A stretch of DNA of 64,000 nt, taken from an uncultured Solirubrobacterales bacterium (GTDB taxonomy: Bacteria > Actinomycetota > Thermoleophilia > Solirubrobacterales > 70-9). The position numbers and the translations under genes were made by a program. Numbering within the stretch: the stretch's first letter is position 1; the number at the start of each line of letters is the position of its first letter. The notes beneath the pieces are model-generated. The model did not search any database. It saw only the letters and a list, made by a program, of their open reading frames with translations, and was not told the DNA's origin. Below, one piece after another: positions 61,809 to 64,000 of this stretch. The stretch spans positions 2,107,930-2,171,929 of the forward strand of contig OY969915.1 in NCBI GenBank assembly GCA_963704545.1, in the 5' to 3' direction.

Positions 61809-62045
61809 CTAGTTGCTCGACATCACGACGATGCCGAAGACCACGGCCGCCAGGGTGACCAGCACGGCCAGGCCTGCGACCACCACCGCCCCGCCCGCGG
61901 CCAGCGGCCGTTCGTTGCGGCTGAGGTCAGCGAAACGAGCGACACCCCAGATCGCCACCGAGAAGACGACCGTTATCCCAACCCCGGCGACCAGCGACGC
62001 GACCACCGTCTGCAGGAGCTCCTTGGTTTCGACCACGACCGCCAT
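61809..62045 (-). CDS. hypothetical two-TM membrane protein (78 aa)
   Basis: Trimmed to MAVVVETKELLQTVVASLVAGVGITVVF... It starts 3 nt after the pitA stop. Confidence 0.45.
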   Translation of the reverse strand: MAVVVETKELLQTVVASLVAGVGITVVFSVAIWGVARFADLSRNERPLAAGGAVVVAGLAVLVTLAAVVFGIVVMSSN

Positions 62046-62047
62046 GC

Positions 62048-63145
62048 TCAACCCGCCGGGACCGGGGCGCCCCGGCGCGAGCGCCGGGAGAAGATCGCGA
62101 CGATCAACGAGAGCGACATCAGCGAGACGAGGACGGGACCGAGGGCGCCGCTGCCGAAGATCGCGGTCGCGCCGTAGGCGAGGGCGCCGATCGCCGCCGC
62201 CGCCGGCAGCGTCAGCAGCCAGGCGGTGACGATGTTGCCGGCGACCCCCCAACGCACCGCCGAGACCCGCTTGCCGGCGCCCGCACCCATGATGCCGCCG
62301 TTGATCACGTGCGTGGTCGAGAGCGGGAAGCCGAAGTGGGTCGAGGCGAGGATCACCGTGGCGCCCGCCCCCTGGGCCGAGAATCCCTGTGCCGCGTCCA
62401 TCTTGATGATCCGCGTGCCGGTCGTGCGGATGATCCGCCAGCCGCCGCTGTAGGTGCCAAGGGCGATCGCCACCGCCGAGGAGGCGATCACCCAGAACGG
62501 CGGGTCGGCGTCCGCCCCCAGCGTGCCGTTGGCGACCAGGGCCAGGGTGATCACGCCCATCGTCTTCTGCGCGTCGTTGGTGCCGTGGGCCAGTGCCAGC
62601 AGCCCGCCGGAGACGACCTGGCCGTAGCGGAAGCCGCGCGTCACCAGCCCGGGCCGCTGCCGCCCCACGACCCGGTAGACAAGCCCGATCGCGATCCCGG
62701 CGACGGTGAAGGCGAGGATCGGCGCGATCACGGCCGGGATCAGCACCTTGCCGACCAGCCCGTCGGCGATCACCGCATCGAAGCCCGCGGCGGCCACCGC
62801 CGAGCCGACCACGCCGCCGATCAGCGCGTGCGAGGAGCTCGACGGCAGACCGAAGGACCAGGTGATCAGGTTCCAGGCGATCGCCCCGATCAACCCGGCG
62901 AAGACGACCGTCGGCGTGACCACGCCGGAGTTGACGACGTCGTTTGCGACGGTGGCCGCAACCGAGATCGAGATGAAGGCACCGACGAAGTTGAGCAGCG
63001 CGGCCATCCCGATCGCCACCTGCGGACGCGCCGCCCCGGTCGATATCGAGGTGGCGACGACGTTCGCGGTGTCGTGGAAGCCGTTGGTGAAGTCGAAGGC
63101 AAGCGCCGTGCAGACGACTATGACGAGGATGACGTCAGAACTCAT
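62048..63145 (-). CDS. pitA: inorganic phosphate transporter (PiT family)
   Basis: FDFTNGFHDTANVVATSI and HGTNDAQKTMGVI are the PiT signatures. Confidence 0.9.
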   Translation of the reverse strand: MSSDVILVIVVCTALAFDFTNGFHDTANVVATSISTGAARPQVAIGMAALLNFVGAFISISVAATVANDVVNSGVVTPTVVFAGLIGAIAWNLITWSFGLPSSSSHALIGGVVGSAVAAAGFDAVIADGLVGKVLIPAVIAPILAFTVAGIAIGLVYRVVGRQRPGLVTRGFRYGQVVSGGLLALAHGTNDAQKTMGVITLALVANGTLGADADPPFWVIASSAVAIALGTYSGGWRIIRTTGTRIIKMDAAQGFSAQGAGATVILASTHFGFPLSTTHVINGGIMGAGAGKRVSAVRWGVAGNIVTAWLLTLPAAAAIGALAYGATAIFGSGALGPVLVSLMSLSLIVAIFSRRSRRGAPVPAG

Positions 63146-63149
63146 CCGC

Positions 63150-63767
63150 TCATGAATTCTTAATCACGATGCCCTCGATGATCTGCGCGGCCGTCTCGGT
63201 CGCGTCGATCGCGTTCTCGAGCACGGCGAACATGTCCTTCCAGCGGATCACGACCATCGGGTCGATGCCGTTGGAGAAGAGCGAGGCGACGGCGTCGCGG
63301 GAGATCCGGTCGCCCTCGTTCTCCAACCGGTGGATTTCAATCCAGTACTTGTCGAGATCCTTGAAGTCGGGAAGGTGCTCGAGACCCCCGGCAAGCTGCT
63401 CGCAGGCTCCGACCAACACTTTGGTCAGCGCCTGCGCCTGCGCCATCGGCGCCTCGATCTTGTAGAGGCCGAGCAGGTCCGCCGCCTCCTCGGTGTAGTC
63501 GACGATGTCGTCCATCTGGGTTGCCAGCCCGTAGATGTCCTCGCGGTCGATCGGCGTTACGAAGGTCGAGTTGAGGCGCTTGATGATGTCGTGGGTGATC
63601 CGGTCGCCCTCGTGCTCGGCCTTGAAGATCTCCCGCGCGAGGTCGCGGTCGTCCGGCCATGACCCCATCATCTCGTCGAGCAGCTGCGAGGCGCGGAGGG
63701 TGTTCTTCCCGGCCTCGATGAAGAGGTCGAAGAAGGTGCGATCGCGAGGCAGGAGGGAGAGGCGCAC
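63150..63767 (-). CDS. DUF47/PhoU-like Pit accessory protein
   Basis: FFDLFIEAGKN...EHEGDRITHDI...ENEGDRISRD is the duplicated PhoU-like helix pattern. It lies upstream of pitA. Confidence 0.85.
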   Translation of the reverse strand: MRLSLLPRDRTFFDLFIEAGKNTLRASQLLDEMMGSWPDDRDLAREIFKAEHEGDRITHDIIKRLNSTFVTPIDREDIYGLATQMDDIVDYTEEAADLLGLYKIEAPMAQAQALTKVLVGACEQLAGGLEHLPDFKDLDKYWIEIHRLENEGDRISRDAVASLFSNGIDPMVVIRWKDMFAVLENAIDATETAAQIIEGIVIKNS

Positions 63768-63806
63768 TACCTGGCAATCCTATTGATAGGAGCGGGCGCG
63801 TCCCAC

Positions 63807-64000
63807 TCAGCCGGTGCTGGCGGCGAGCTGCTCGGCGGCCCTGGCCGCGTGGCGCTCGCGCAGCTCCTCCTGGACGCTGCGCCGCTGCCCGTTTTCGGGC
63901 CCGAGCCGGGTCCAGACACCGTCGCCGTCGAGCTCCCAGGCGTTGGCGTTCTCGGCGAAGCAGCGCTCGAGCACGTCGAGCAGCTCCGCTTTCAGGGCGG
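63807..64000 (-). CDS. hypothetical protein, C-terminal fragment (gene continues beyond the window)
   Basis: Own translation gives ...ELLDVLERCFAENANAWELDGDGVWTRLGPENGQRRSVQEELRERHAARAAEQLAASTG*. GC3 is high and I recognise no family. Confidence 0.35.
   Translation of the reverse strand, partial: ALKAELLDVLERCFAENANAWELDGDGVWTRLGPENGQRRSVQEELRERHAARAAEQLAASTG

Overview
The window is a very high-GC bacterial chromosome segment. Gene content and synteny suggest Actinomycetota, possibly a Thermoleophilia or Rubrobacteria-like lineage; this is inference only. The high GC produces many long spurious antisense ORFs in the six-frame track. I called genes from recognisable protein motifs, from start/stop coupling (4-nt ATGA/GTGA/TTGA overlaps are very common here) and from my own re-translation. 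About 75 CDS are supported.

Core content:
- a Zur-linked metal ABC importer operon
- dtd
- three tandem GNAT genes
- an alkB-rubredoxin-TetR unit
- secG
- System I cytochrome c maturation genes in two loci (ccmF-ccmE and ccmG-ccmH)
- argS
- a Ser/Thr kinase
- tgt
- the glycolytic block gap-pgk-tpiA-gpmI
- an ABC-2 exporter
- uvrC-rapZ
- pitA with its DUF47 partner
- one tRNA-Gly(CCC)

Accessory content:
- one IS982-family and two different IS481-family elements, all bounded by CTAG
- three toxin-antitoxin pairs (hicAB, brnTA-like, phd/vapC)
- a 5.3 kb SHOCT-rich islet lying between tRNA-Gly and a 30-nt copy of its 3' end
- a serial-insertion hotspot marked by three direct copies of the 3' end of a MaoC-type dehydratase gene
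- orphan TadE-like pseudopilin genes, plus a TadE-like/M15 peptidase/lytic transglycosylase fusion
- a Cys-type CcmE
- a permease/solute-binding-protein fusion
- a possible natural-product cluster edge at the left end (flavin halogenase-like, radical SAM, LmbU-like, PucR-like)

I saw no CRISPR array, rRNA gene or recombinase/integrase. All family assignments are motif recognition from memory, not database searches.
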